A DNA stretch of 64,000 nucleotides. Source: the human T2T-CHM13v2.0 reference genome, Homo sapiens. Below the pieces are notes generated by a model that was given only the letters and a program-made list of their open reading frames with translations, was not told the DNA's origin and ran no database searches. The DNA is taken from NCBI RefSeq assembly GCF_009914755.1, contig NC_060929.1, one strand, 5' to 3'. Below are positions 1 to 14,140 of this stretch, in pieces (position 1 is the stretch's first letter; the number at the start of each line of letters is the position of its first letter). The position numbers were made by a program, and so were the translations under genes.

Positions 1-469
1 CTTTTTAATAGAAAAGATCATTTTTTCTGTTTGTGAGACATAAAGGAAGGGCATGCTGTCAGATAAAACAATTTGTTTCAGCTGATCTCCCAAGAGACTG
101 CCACAGGCAAAAGACATAGCCGGTAGAGTACCCGTCTCCCCACCCTTCTGCTGCACATTCAGAATGGCAGCCTGGGAACCAGGGGCATCACCAATCAGCA
201 ACAGTGAAAAGGGCCGCAAAACCCACACATTTTCATTTCCATTGCATTTATTCTAGTTACCTTCACTGATAAACAGGGAGGTGAAACAAAGCTGTTTTAC
301 TGTTGTTTCACTGTGATCAATCCAGAAACTATGAATATACTGTTAAGAATAAGCTTGGCAGGTGAGCTTCAACACGTGAAAGCATCTCAGTTCTCAACAA
401 GGCAAGAGTGACAGACTTGAAGAGTTAGGCACAGTTTATTGCTGAGATAATAACCAAGAAAATGCCGTC

Positions 470-675
470 TAATAATGACGGTAATACTTAAGTGCTTACT
501 ACTCAGTGCTACAGTGAAATTGATAGTACTCTTATTATCACCATCCCCATTTTAAAAATGAGAAAACTGAGGTACAAAAAAATTACATACAATTAATACA
601 AAGTCCCACAGCCAGCAATACACAGCTTAGCTGGTATTGAACCTGCTCCAAGGTCAGTGCTTTGAACCATTAGGC
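470..675 (-). mobile_element. MIR SINE
   Basis: Reverse-complement MIR core ccccattttaaaaatgagaaaactgagg. Confidence 0.75.
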
Positions 676-1361
676 CATGGTTCTGTTAAGCTTTATGAAA
701 CTTCTGTGCCTGACAAACAAGATTAAATATTTGCAAATGCTCTAAAGCTGAATAGCATGATGCCAAGAAAGGAAATATGAAATATTTCATTTGAGCAAGG
801 CATAAAACAATGCCTTTCAAAAAAATAAGCCAAAGATCATTTCACTGCTTTATTGCTTTGTAAATATTAATTAAGCCTCCATTCTAAAGTCCTGCGATTT
901 AATTATGAAATAATATTTTTCTTCTATCTCAGTACAATTCCCTTTCCCTACATTCCAACACAGTCCTGAAAAGTGAACAATTTCAAGATTAAACCTCTAT
1001 TCTTGATATTGAATTAAGTACACACTATTAAGTAGACATGACTTTGGATTGGTACCTCCTTGGATTTCAGTTATGGAGGGAAAGTGGAAGCTCTTAGGGA
1101 GGCTTCATGACACTTTGAACATGAGCATTCCTGAACTCAGAGGCGACAGAGCCATTTGTGCTGTGAGTGGATTTTGGAGGAGTGCCAAAAAGACCTGGCA
1201 GGTAACAAAAGTTGGTAACACTGAGGGCCTCAGTTAAAATGTGTAAGAAATAAGTAAGAATTAATGTCTTCGTAAAGATAAGCTAACCTCAGCTTTTATA
1301 CTGCAACGAGAATAGGATCCGAGACCCACAGAACCAGAAATTAGTCCTTGCTGTCTAACTA

Positions 1362-1789
<428 letters not shown>

Positions 1790-3233
1790 CTAACAGAAGG
1801 AGTCCCTGGACTCCTCATCCTACAGGTTAAAAACTTGTAGATTAAATCCCTCAATCTCTTTACAATGCCTACAGTGGTGATTTCTGTTCATTTGCAATAC
1901 TGAGAAGGTGAGATACAGTGAGTGTATTTCCTTGGTTGGCAAGATGGCAAGGCCAGCCCAGAACATTGAAAGATATGGAAACAGCATAAGAAGGAAAGTC
2001 AAAAAGGCTACTGGGCTAGTTAGGACAGGCACTCTGGAAGGAGGGCAGTCACTGAGGAGATGGCTCTGCTCTGTGCTGAAGGCAAACTGGAATGAACTGA
2101 CAATTTTGCTTTCAGGGGAGGGGGTGATGAAGAGTTCAGTTTTGTTCTCCTGCTTTAGTGTACTATGCTTTATACATTGGTCCAGACTATCTAATCAGGA
2201 TCTCATTAAGGGAAAGCTTAGCATTGTTTGAGTTCTCTTTCACACAGCAGAGCTAAAAGTAAACAGCGGCCAAAGATAAACAAGGAGCATTGCTTTTTCC
2301 TGTGTTGTACAATAGTTAAGTCTAATTTATTGACAATAATTGTTGGTAGTATAAATACTGAATCTGAGATGAACTTTGCAAAGAGCCTGCTGGTTTTTAA
2401 GCTTTACCAAGCCAGCAGACTTTCTTTTGTTGCTAAGGGAATTTTTTTCCAAATCAGGATTTCTTAAATAGCAGGCTTTGTATGCTGGAAGACACAAGTG
2501 ACCCACTCACTACTGAGATCCAGCTTTTTTTTTCTTTCTTTTTTTTTTTTTTTAATTCTTTAAATCAATGAATGGCTGAACTTCAACTTTTCTCTGCTGT
2601 TGTTTCTTATAAAAGAAGTAGATAAGATAGATTTATGAGCAAAGAATAGAGCTTCTGCTTCTGAATCCTCCTTTGGGGTCGTCTGAGTCATGGTTTAGGA
2701 AAGAATTCCTACCAAAATCCCTGAAACAATGGACCAATTCCACTATTCCCTCTTCTCCCTCATATCCAGCTATCCCCATAAACCCAGAGAGAGGACCTGA
2801 CCCCGTAGGAGCAAAGGTGCCCTGGATTATGGTCCTGGTTTGTGAAAGAAAATTGCATTTACCAATATCTGCCTCACAGTTCTTTCTTGACTGATTGCTT
2901 ATTTACTCCTGGCTATATTTACAAAACACTTCAGGCCGACTTTGATATCCTTAAAGTTGGTCTTGATATCTTTTCATTTTGCTCTTTTTTGTCCGGCCCA
3001 ATCCACACCCTGCCCTAAGCATATTTTCTCAGTAATGACGCCCATTTACACATGACCAGACTTATGTAATTTACTAGATCTATCCTAGTCATGCTGCACT
3101 ATCTTGCCCTCCTCCAGTTTAAGACATCTCTACCATCAAGGACCAGCCTCTTTAAACACAATCTGTTCCAGGCAGATTTATCATGACACCCAACATGTCT
3201 GAGCCAAAGTCCAAGTGAAAACACTAGACTCTG

Positions 3234-3536
3234 TTTTTTTTTTTTTTTTTTTTTTTAGGAGTCTTGCTTTGTTCTGTCGCCAAGGCTGGAGTGCAGTAGT
3301 GCAATCATGTCTCAGTGCAGCCTTGAACTCCTGAGGTCAGGGAGTCCTCTTGCATCAGCCTCTTGCATAGCTAGGACTACAGGTGCACCTCACCATGTGG
3401 CTAAGTTTTTTTTATTTTACATGGAGACAGATTTTGCTATGTTGACCAGGCTAGCTTGAACTCCCAAGTTAAGTGGTCCTTCCACCTGGGCTTCCAAAAG
3501 TGGTAGAATTACAGGCATGAGTCACTACACCTGGCC
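3234..3536 (-). mobile_element. AluJ
   Basis: Poly-T followed by diverged antisense Alu ending cacctggcc. Confidence 0.9.
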
Positions 3537-3539
3537 AAA

Positions 3540-5059
3540 ACATTAGAACTTTTTTCTTTAGGGTTTTTAAAAAGAAATGTATCAAATGTACAATTCCACT
3601 CCACATTCTACTCCTTCATATTATGAAAGTTGGTGTATATTTTTTCCATCTATCTTTTTATATTCTTCATGAACTACATAAAAAATTAATTGATGGAGCG
3701 AGACTCCGTCTCAAAAAAAAATTAATTTATGCAGATGTACCTATCCTTCAGCAATTTGCCTGTTTAATCAATATAATGTTTTAGATGTGATTCCAAATGA
3801 TATGCATAACTTTAGTTGACTCACTTAAACTATTACTTTCATGTCAAGGTATGAATATGATACAATTTATTTCTCTATCAGTTATTAATAGAAATTTAGA
3901 TTTTCCTGAATTTTTCATTGTTATAAACAGTAGTTCAATGAACACATTTCCATATACATATGTGCAAAGTTTCTCTGGAACATGTAACTAGAAATGAAAT
4001 TGCTTGACCTCATGTAGATATATCTTAAATATTAGTAGACATTGACAAATTACTCTGAAAAATGGTTGCAACAATTTAAACATAACCAGCCATGTTGAAA
4101 CATATCCCCACAGCTTCACCAACACATGGTGTCTTGCTCTTTCAAATAGTTGTCCAACAATTTTTTGTAATCGGTTGTTTATTTTTTCTTATTGATTTGT
4201 AGAAATTTTATTTATTTCATGAATATAATCATTTGTCAATTAAATACATTGCAAATATCTGCTTCTAGTTTTCCTTGTCTTTTAAATTCCATATATCAAA
4301 TGAAGTATTCAAGTTTGATACAGTCATATTAACCAATATTTTCCTTAACTCTTGATTTTAAAAAAATCACCTACAGTATTTCAATGTCATACTCTCTTAC
4401 AGTGTTTTCTAAACTATTTAAAGTTTTATTTTTTACACTTAGATATTCTATTCATCTGGAATGTATTTTGTGAATGGTGTCAAAGAGGGATCTACTTTTT
4501 AAAAATAATAACCAATTGTCTCAAGAGCATTTATTAAGTAATATCTTTCCCCATTTACTTGTCATATACTAAAATTACTATTCACATGTGGGTAAGCTCT
4601 CTCTTCTGTTCCATTTGATTATCCCTGCACCAACACCATACTCTTTTAATTGTTGTATGATATTTCTCCTTTAATCTGCTAATGATGAGATTATATTGAT
4701 AGATATTCAAATATTAAAGTCTTTGAAATGCTTAGATAAACCCTTTATTTTAGTCCACTCTTGGATTCAAATTATTATACTTAATTCAGTTTTTGCATGT
4801 ATATTCTAAGTAAAGCAGGTTTATAATGATTCTTTCTCATATGTTTTTGGTATTTTGGTATCTAAATTATGATAACATAAAAAATGAAGTGGAGAGAAAT
4901 GGTACAGTTTTTTTAAGATGGAGTTCTTTGTGTGTAAAGATTTGTTTAACTTTTGCTCGTAAAACTTTATTGATTTTAGAGGTGTAGGGTGAATTTTGAC
5001 TCTAATTTCTTCAATAATTTTTGGTCTAGCCATGTTTTCTATTTTTATTGAGTCACTTT
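3540..5059 (-). mobile_element. Ancient L1M (L1ME-like) fragments
   Basis: T-rich, degenerate antisense L1 3'/ORF2-like text; continues on the far side of the pseudogene. Confidence 0.55.
3696..3715 (+). mobile_element. Extremely 5'-truncated Alu (17 nt + short A tail)
   Basis: gagcgagactccgtctc is the Alu 3' terminus; flanked by aaaaaattaatt(g/t)atg direct repeats at 3680-3695 and 3716-3731. Confidence 0.8.
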
Positions 5060-5074
5060 TGAGAGTTCTTTTTA

Positions 5075-6091
5075 TGTTTCATCTTGTATAAAATTTAAAT
5101 TTTATGATCATGTGTAGACCTTTTTATACTTAACACAATGGAAATGTTCATATTTATTTTTTCCCCAAAGGAAAAATTTCTGAATCATCACTATGTTGCA
5201 CAGTAGAATAGGAATTCAGGTACTTAGTCAAGTTAAGAATGCAAATAACAGACAAGATTAACTTCTAAAGTCTGAAGTCATCAACATGATTTTGTAGTAC
5301 TCTGTCTCAGGCTTTACCTAAAAATTCATTATTATTCAGATAAAGATACCCCCTAATTACATGTTTTTGAAAAGCCTCTGCCCCACCACAATTTCCTGAG
5401 ATCTGTGAAGAAACTGCAGTCTTGTGATCAGAGTCCATATAGTACTGGCAGTTTTGTAATCAAAGGAAAAAACGTCGACTGATTTTATATGTCAATCAGT
5501 TGTAGTCTGCTGATCTGATTAGAAACCTTGACAAATGCCTGGTGGCGATTGCAAATAACTGCCAATCATATAGGGATGATACAGTAGCTCAGTGTTTTGG
5601 GATCAGCTCTTGTACACAAGTAAAAGAACAGAAACATCTGTAAGTAAGGTATTAGAAAAATAATTGTCCACAACCAAAAAGGCAAGAAGAGTAATCGAGA
5701 TTTCCAGGAGTGTGTCCATGTGGTTCCTTCAAGGGGCTCCTCAGGTTGCTGTTGAATGTGTTCCAAGGCCAGCCTGTTGTAAGTCTCATTGATTTCAAAC
5801 ATAGTAAAATGCTGCTGCACTTGCTAACAGATACAATCCCACTCCAATCTATCTCATCCGCTGACGGAAGTTCATCATTCTGCATGCTCTGTGCCATGGT
5901 CCCGAAAACCTTCCTGTTCCCATGGCCAGCATTAAAGAGTCACTCAACTCTGAATAATCTGGTGGCTTTGGCATTTCAGAGAAAGCCACCATAAAGTAAA
6001 TCCCCTGGGTCACCAGGCTGGGAGAAAGGTCTGGAGCACCAGCTACTAGTGATTAAGAACCTTGTGACTGTGGCAGGTCACACCCCACTCC
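5075..6091 (-). pseudogene. LYSETP1: Processed pseudogene of LYSET/TMEM251 (Golgi factor required for GNPTAB/M6P lysosomal enzyme tagging)
   Basis: Minus-strand translation gives MVAFSEMPKPPDYSELSDSL..., MMNFRQRMR*IGVGLYLLASAAAFYYV and FEINETYNRLALEHIQQQPEEPLEGTTWTHS...YCIIPI*LAVICNRHQAFVKVSNQISRLQLIDI* (ATG 5992, terminal stop 5485-5487). This matches TMEM251. It is intronless, with stops at 5849-5851 and 5566-5568 and two frameshifts. Perfect 15-bp TSD tgagagttcttttta at 5060-5074 and 6092-6106. Symbol (formerly TMEM251P1) recalled from memory. Confidence 0.93.
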
Positions 6092-6106
6092 TGAGAGTTC
6101 TTTTTA

Positions 6107-7760
6107 GAAAATAGTTTATAATCTAAGTATTCAAATATGTTAGCATAAGATGAGTCATATTATTTTCTGATACCTGAGGTTATGTCTCATTGTTTTTGTG
6201 CCTTCCTTCTTCTTATGATCAATAATGCCAAAGATTGTTAGTATCTTTTCAAAGAATTAGCTCTTTAAACACTTATATTTCATTTATGTGATCAATAAAT
6301 TTTATTAACTGCTATATACCAGACTGTTCTAACTAATTGGGTTTCTTTTTAAAAAGTAAAGAGTAAACTAATCCTAGATCCCTGCGCTTGCGGATTTTAT
6401 GAGGCAGAGATAAGTTGTTCAAAAAAGAAAAAATAATTAATTACGTGATATATTAACAAGATAATAAATGCTATGAAAAAATAAAGCAGAGTGAGGAGAA
6501 TCAGAAGTGCCACATGTTGGGAGCAGCATGCGGGCTGCAATTTTAAAGAAGGTGGGCAGAAATATTATTGAGAAGATGAGATTTGAGCAAAGATTTAAGG
6601 GAGGCAGGAAAGTTAGCCATGTGAGCATCCCGGAAGTAATATTCCTGGTGGAGGGAACAGCCAGTGCAAAGGCCCTAAGGCGGGAGCAAGCTGGGCATGT
6701 CTGGGGATTGCAAAGAGGCCAGTGTGGCTCCAATAGAGTGAATGAGAGGGAGAAGAGAGAAGTCAGAATAGATAAGGATAGTGAGTCTGAGTTTAAGAAG
6801 GCTGTGGGAGGAATGACATAATCTGATTTATAGTTTTAAATATAAACGGAAGCAGAGTAGAAAAGTTATGATGCTATTGTGATGTAAAGGCAAAAAATGA
6901 TAGGCGTTTGGATTAAGGTGGTAACAACTGACATGTAATGGTGAATTTAGAGTCGTCTATCTCTGCTACCTTCATTTGTCTTTATTTCACCAATATTGGC
7001 TTATATCATTAGTATTGTCTTCCTACTTTCTATAGTTGAGTCATTAACCACCTTGTCTTATCTGTTTTGTTCTGCTAATTATAATTATATATATATTTTA
7101 CTAAGTCTCTTAATTATATAATTTATTCTTTCTTTGCCTTACTAAGTTTTTGTTTTTCTCAACTTAATCTGTCAGTTTCTGAAAGAAACAAAATCTCCCA
7201 TTATGGTTTTGGATTTGTAAATGTTACTTTATATTAGTGTTTGAATTATATATTTTGAGGCTGTTTTCTCTTAGATGCATATAGATCCACATTGTTATAT
7301 CTTCCAGGGGAAATCATTTTTTGAGCCTTTTTAAATCTCTATGAATGTTTTAAAGACTTACTTTGTATATGATTTCCTATTAGTATTAGTACCCCAGCTT
7401 TCTGTTCTGCTGTGGCATTTCCTGGCCATTTACTTCAGACTTCAAGCGTCATTCGTTATTTTAGGTAAATCTTATATAGCACAGATCTGGATTTGTTTAT
7501 ATCAAATCTAGAGCCCTGTTAGTTAGTGGGTTTTATACATTTACAGTTATTTTGATTGCTAATAAACTTTGAGTTATTTCTACTATCTTACTTTGTGTTT
7601 TCTATGAACTGAGCTTTTTGTTAACTTCCTTTTTTACTTTCCTTCCATTGATGTGATTAAACACTCCACTTTTTGTTTACTAATTTGTATGGTTTTTAAA
7701 ATACATATACTTAAAAACATTTTAAGTTAATAATGTCTTTAACTTGTTCTTGAATGATAC
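6107..7760 (-). mobile_element. Ancient L1M ORF2 fragments, interrupted by L2
   Basis: Antisense ORF2-like text such as gtatcttttcaaagaattagctcttt; continuous with 3540-5059 across the TSD. Confidence 0.55.
6275..6940 (-). mobile_element. L2 LINE 3' region
   Basis: gagggaacagccagtgcaaaggccctaaggcggg is typical antisense L2; explains ORFs 6437..6733 and 6507..6821. Confidence 0.8.
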
Positions 7761-9319
7761 AAGGACCTTTATTTCCTTGTGTGGCTTATAATTTTTTTAT
7801 TATAAGCATGGCTAGAGTTTTCTATAGGAATTCCTTGTGCCCTTTGACGGGGTCCTACATGATTTAAAGATTCCAGACCAGTTTTATGTTACTTTCTCAG
7901 CTTCATGTTCCTGATCTCTGTGAATAGTGTGAATTTGGATGTCACATGTACATGGGACAAGGTTTGCAGTTCAAGTTTCTGACTGTTAACTATTTGCCAG
8001 TCTCCCAGGGCAGTGAGCAAAGATTTTTCTGATTCCCTGTTCATGATTTTGGCAGCCATTCATGGCTCCTAGGTCTCTGCATGTAATTCAGTCCTGGCAA
8101 TGTGCAAACAGGGCCCTGACACCTCCTCACAGGCATTAAACTTTGCCCTTCCCAGTTCTGATTCTCTGTGAGCCGCAGGACTTCAGTCCTATTACCCAGT
8201 GTGACATTTTGTTGTGGCTTTATTTTTGGCACATGAGGATTTATGATTCCAAATTTTGAGTTACACTATAAATTCCAAATTGTATTATTCTTATTTATTT
8301 TTTAAGCAGTTTATTTGTTTTGAGCAGGGATGGGGGATTCTTACACATCAGTACTGTCAACCATATTGACTTGAAGTTCATCTTTCACATTTTTACATTT
8401 AACAGATATTCAAATCTTAGTGATTTTTTATATTCTGAATACTGCATTATTCAGAGACATTGTTCATTTAACATTTCTTTTTCTCTTATTTAAAGTCACC
8501 AAATATTTTGATTTCTTTATGTAAGAGAAATGAAGCATGCAGAAATTCCTAACCAACTACAGTTTTGTGATAACCCGATTTTTTCTATAGATACTAAATT
8601 TTAAAAAATTTAAAGTTTGTATTTAATGTGATTGCTTTCTGTCCTCCAAATCTTCCAAAATATAGCTGGAAGACCAAATCTAGTATAGGCGGGGAGGTTA
8701 CCTAAGCATTTTGCTGAGGCTTGTGAAAACCAGCTATGGTTAGTCTAACTACAAATGCATTACATTTAATTTTAATAAGGTTTGGTTTACAAACTTTAAG
8801 CAGGTTAAAGTCTACATAACACAGAACTCATGGAAAAATCTGCCTCACTGGTTAGACTGAACAAAGTTTCCTTAAAATTTGAAGAGAGATTCAAGAAGGG
8901 TAATATGTCATGGTAGATTATTAACATTAATAATTCTGTTTTATTTTAGAAAAGAATGTGTTTTTAGAAGTTTTATTCTTAAGTACTACATCCTCCTAAA
9001 GTCATCCTTCCATATAAATGTTTTGAGAGCTTGGCCTAATTCCTTATCACAAGAAAGTCAGGGCGTACAGTGTCCTCACCAGTATCTCCATGGAAACTTG
9101 TGCTTCGAATTTCTGCTTTCCCTGTATTATCTCTCTCCACTCTTGATTCTAGCTTCTTTCAGGTGTTTTCTTCTCTCTGTCTCTTATCCACACAGACATG
9201 AAGGACAGACTCCTTTTGTTTTTTTGCATCCTGCCAAATTCTAAAAGTACAAGTCAGAGTGACAAGCAGACAAAACAGCATAATGGGTGTTTTGGTGGAC
9301 ATCCTCTTTATCCCCCTGT

Positions 9320-9558
9320 TATGTTGCCAAGGCTGGAGTGCAGTAGCATGATCATAGCGCACTGCAGCCTCAAACTCCCAGGTGCAAGCGGTCCTCCCCC
9401 TTCAGCCTTCCCAGTAGGTAGGACTACAGGCATGCTAATTTTGTTATTTTTTTGTAGAGACAGGGTCTTACTCTTTTGACCAGGCTATTCTCCAACTCCT
9501 GGCCTCAAGCAATCCTCCCAAAGTACTGGGATTTCAGATGTGAGCCGCTGCATCCAGA
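9320..9558 (-). mobile_element. AluJ with internal deletions
   Basis: ggctggagtgcagtagcatgatcatagcgcactgcagcctc and other antisense Alu text. Confidence 0.85.
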
Positions 9559-10164
9559 CTAACATCCTTATTTTTAAAGCTTCCTCTGTCATCTGTAACA
9601 CAGGGACTTTTGCAATGGCTCTGTTTCTCCTTCCAGCCCTATACTTCTTCCACCATCCAGCCTGCCACCATATGTTGTATGCCATCAACCCTTTTTTATG
9701 TCCTTAATTCTCACTGCCTCCCTCTTGAGCTGCCTCTGGAAAGAAACCAAATTTTCCTCACTTTCTGTTGAAAAGCAAATCCATCTTCCCTTGGTGTCAC
9801 CTTGTCTTTGTCTTGAGGCCCATTCACTTACTTCCCAATGGACTATTAAGGAGTTTTGCTGAACAAATTATTTCCCCAAGAAGAATTCTGTTTATAAGAT
9901 TTTAAGATAACATTTTCCTCTTCCCCAATATATTTTTTAGAATGATTTTTCAACTCTTTGCTTAACCCCAATTTTCTGAAATGCTTTGATATTACTAACT
10001 TAGGTTTTATTAGATAATGAAAATTTCAAGAATGTAATTCTTGTGAATGGCAAACTATTAGTTTATATTTATAATATTTACTAGGCTAATTTAGTTAGAG
10101 CAAAAGGAATCTAAAAATATCTTGAATTGAGAAACCAATGTAGCTTGGATATGAATGATATAGA

Positions 10165-10430
10165 TGAAATCATGTATCTGCCTGCCTAGTTTCAAATCTT
10201 CCTCTATCACTTACTAGCTGGTGTGACCTTAGACAAGTTATTTAACCCCTCTGTTCTTTGGTTTCCTCATCTATAACATCGAATAATAATAATAACAATA
10301 ATAATCTCTATCTCATATGGATGTTGTAAGTAATAAATGAGTGTGTATATATATATATATATTATATATATATATATATATATCTTACAACAATGCCTAG
10401 CACCTGGTAGGCACTATATACATGTGTCAG
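10165..10430 (+). mobile_element. MIR containing (TA)n
   Basis: cacttactagctggtgtgaccttagacaagttatttaacc...tttcctcatctataa; TA repeat ~10347-10383. Confidence 0.8.
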
Positions 10431-10717
10431 CTAAGATTTCCTTACTTACACACAGAATCTCAAGAACAAAAATATGAGATAAAGGAAGCTTGACAGATGA
10501 GGGTTTTAGATTAAGTATTGTAGATATGTGATGTTAAAAATATACTTAATGAAGAAATCATTATGTTTAAATGTATTCTAATATACACTAAATGAATTCA
10601 CAATATACTTCACATAAGGAGGTAAGGCATGTATCCTTAAACAGCTCTTGGTATTTTTTTCTGGCTCCTTAGAAAATCTGGTAACAGTAACTTAACTCAT
10701 TTCAAGAGCTATGTTAA

Positions 10718-11228
<511 letters not shown>

Positions 11229-11430
11229 CTATATATATTATTAATTGTTTTTAAAAGGAACTATGTTAAAGTAGTGATTACCCAGGGGATTCACAATGCC
11301 CGTGAAGCACATTCTTATACCTCAGATTAAGAATCCCTGGCTTAAGAGTTTCTGGCAGGAAATTAAATGCAAGAAAATAAAAATAAAATATTTTTAAATG
11401 TTAAAGATTATACAACTTAGATGACCTTTT

Positions 11431-11935
11431 TGTTGCCAGGGACTCTGATGGATCTGAAATACTACCCTACTTGCTAGCTAATAAGTTAGCCTGCCACAGT
11501 TTCATGGATACTGACAGATATGAACATTCTGGGTCAGAGACAAAGCAATTTTATCATTCATGGCATAGCAAGCAGCACTGCTCCATGTTCGTATCAGTTC
11601 TCCTTGCCCCAAAGACCCAGGCAGGCAACACAAAGGAGCCCAGGTGATTGCTGTGCATGCAGTGGACTTGCATCACAGCTGAGGATATCCAAGTTTAGGA
11701 AAGCCCAATCTTTTATAACAGGTACAAGCAAACATGCCTTATCTTTTCAGTAGAAGGACACGTCTTTTTTGTACTAGACAGTAAGCAAATCTGCTGTCTG
11801 CTGTAGAGGAAAGCAACTGTGTCTGTCCTCCAAAGTGGATCATATATTCTTAAAAAAAAATAGTCCAGAATGAAAGCTGTCAGTGCCTTTGCTTGCAAGC
11901 CATGCAGAAACAAAGAAAAAGAGTTGTCTTCCAAT
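11431..11935 (-). mobile_element. LTR40 (ERVL) solo LTR
   Basis: taccctacttgctagctaataagttagcctgccacagtttcatggatactgacag...ctgggtcagagacaaag matches the reverse complement of the LTR40 3' part. Confidence 0.8.
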
Positions 11936-12069
11936 GTTTGTCCCATCAAGTCAGGAAGGGAAAATATTATCATATATTAGTTAGGAGAGGGGGGATAAAG
12001 TTAGTTATGTGGATGGAAAGATAACTAATAATCTCTTCACTGTAATCAGGAATAAGAAAAGAACAAGGT

Positions 12070-13130
12070 ATATGTAATGTTTGCCTTCAAGGAGCTAACA
12101 GTCTGGTGATAGTGACAGGCTTTAAACAGATAAGCCATAAAAAGATTATTTGCAATTTAGATAAGTTTCACCAGAAGAAATGAAGATTTATGAAATTATA
12201 TATTCGAGGGACTTGATCTAGTTTATGATATCAAAGAAAGTGTCCCTGAGGAAGTAACATTTGAAAACAAGGCCTAACAGACAGAGTAAAGTTGAGCATC
12301 TCTAATCCTAAAACCCAAATACTACAAAATCCAAAGCTTTTTGACCACCAACATGACATCACAAGTGGAAAATTCCACACTTGACCTCATGTGATAGGCC
12401 ACAGTCAAAATGCAGTCAAACTTTGTTTCATGCACACAATTATTAAAATTATTGTCCAAAAATTATTGTATGTGTATAAGGTATACATGAAACATAAATG
12501 AATTTTGTGTTTAGACTTAGGTTCCATCCCTATGATATCTCATTATATGTATGCAGATATTCCAAAATCTGAAAAAAATCCAAGGTCTAAAACATTTTGG
12601 GTCCCAAGCATTTCAGATACTTCACCTGTGGTAGGAATTGTCAGGTGAAGAGTAGGGAAAACAATATTCTGGGTAGAAGGAAGACCCTATTGAATGAAGG
12701 AACCCTGTATTATTAGAGAAACTACAAGAAAGCGAGGATTACTAGAGCAGTGTAAGATAAGCAGGAGCCAGATTGGGTTTTGGACTTGATTCTGATGGCA
12801 ATGCAAAGGCAGTGAAGGGTTAAGAAAGAGAATCACCTCATTATATTAGCATTTTAAAATGCCCCTCCATTGTTGTATGAGGGATTTGTTGTAGGGGAAG
12901 GGTGAATGCAGACCTTAGAGTTAAGAGCTTGTTGCTACAAGCCCAGCAAGAGTTGATAGTGCTCTGGCTACAGACAGTGGCAGTGTAGATGAAGAGAAAT
13001 GAATGGATTCAAAAAATATGTTTATAAAGTGTAGTTGTCAGACCTGGGTGATTGATTTCATCTAGAGGGAGAAAAAGAAGGTCGTGGATGATTCTCAGAT
13101 TTCTGGCATGGGCAACTGTGCAGGCAGAGT
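12070..13130 (-). mobile_element. L2 fragments interrupted by Tigger4b
   Basis: gccttcaaggagctaacagtctgg; ggatgattctcagatttctggcatgggcaactg. Confidence 0.7.
12288..12629 (+). mobile_element. Tigger4b/MER46-type non-autonomous DNA transposon
   Basis: gttgagcatctctaatcc...acaagtggaaaattccacacttgacctcatgtga...gtcccaagcatttcagatacttcacctgt. Confidence 0.85.
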
Positions 13131-13639
13131 GCCTAGAAAGAATTAACTAGCCTCTTGGGGATTTATCTCATAAATTCACTTCTATTTCAGTGACAGCAAG
13201 CATCTTAAATATATACACACAGGGAACCTGATTCTCTCCAGAGCCCTAAGAACTAACTTTGGTACAGATAAAAGATGAGCTGTAGGGAATTGAGATGTCA
13301 CACTCACCTCAATATACAGGTAGTTTTTACTTGAATTCATTGAAGAAAGAATACCATTGTGCTATCAGTTGGTTAAAAATTGCACCTCAAATTTTCCTAC
13401 CAGTATGATCCCTTTTAAGCTGTATAATTTACACTGGGGTGTGATGCCATCATTAATGCTCCCCATGTTGATTCTAATGAGGAGTATGTCCTTTTCTCAT
13501 TCTGAGAAAAGTATGCTCTTACTACCCACAGATATTCTGAATATATAGTTGATATTCAACCATATCAAATATTGAACCTGGTGCTTCCAATATATAAGTT
13601 ATTCCTTAGGATTAAGAAACTACTGAAAGCATTTCCTTG

Positions 13640-14140
13640 GAGTATTTAAAACGCAGCTGACAAAAATCCAACTCAAGCTAGCATAAGAAAATGTGTAGCT
13701 CATATAAGTAAAAACTTTCAGATCAGGGTAGGACTCAGGCAGCCATAGATACCCAAGATGTTTTCACGCTGTTGTCCTGCTCCATGACTTCCTTTCTGGA
13801 GTCCTTTGTTACCTTCGTTATCGGTTAGGCTTTCTTCATGAAGTACAAAAGGAAGTCACTGGTAGCTCCAGGCCTACACGGTCCATCTGATTTCCCAGTG
13901 GAAAAGTGTCTTGCTTCCTGACCATGAAAACAGGGAAGACTGTTTGAGTCATGTATTCACCTCTGAACCAAAGCTCTGATTGTCCAAGTTGGGTCACTTG
14001 CTTGCCTTGGCCAGGCTAACTGGAATCATATTTGGTTCTGGTTCTAATCTGTTCTCCACAAGAAGAGGGGATTTTATCCCAGAACATGGGGAAATAAAGA
14101 TGGATGGGCATGCAAACAAACAAATAATAAATGTCCACTT
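13640..14140 (-). mobile_element. Old MaLR LTR (MLT1J/K-like)
   Basis: ctctgattgtccaagttgggtcac; terminus ggatgggcatgcaaacaaacaaataataaatgtccact. Confidence 0.6.

Noticed and set aside
5566-5820. 84-aa TMEM251-like ORF as a functional retrogene
   Set aside because: Non-ATG start, upstream stop and frameshifts, and a premature TGA; lacks the first TM segment and the C-terminus.
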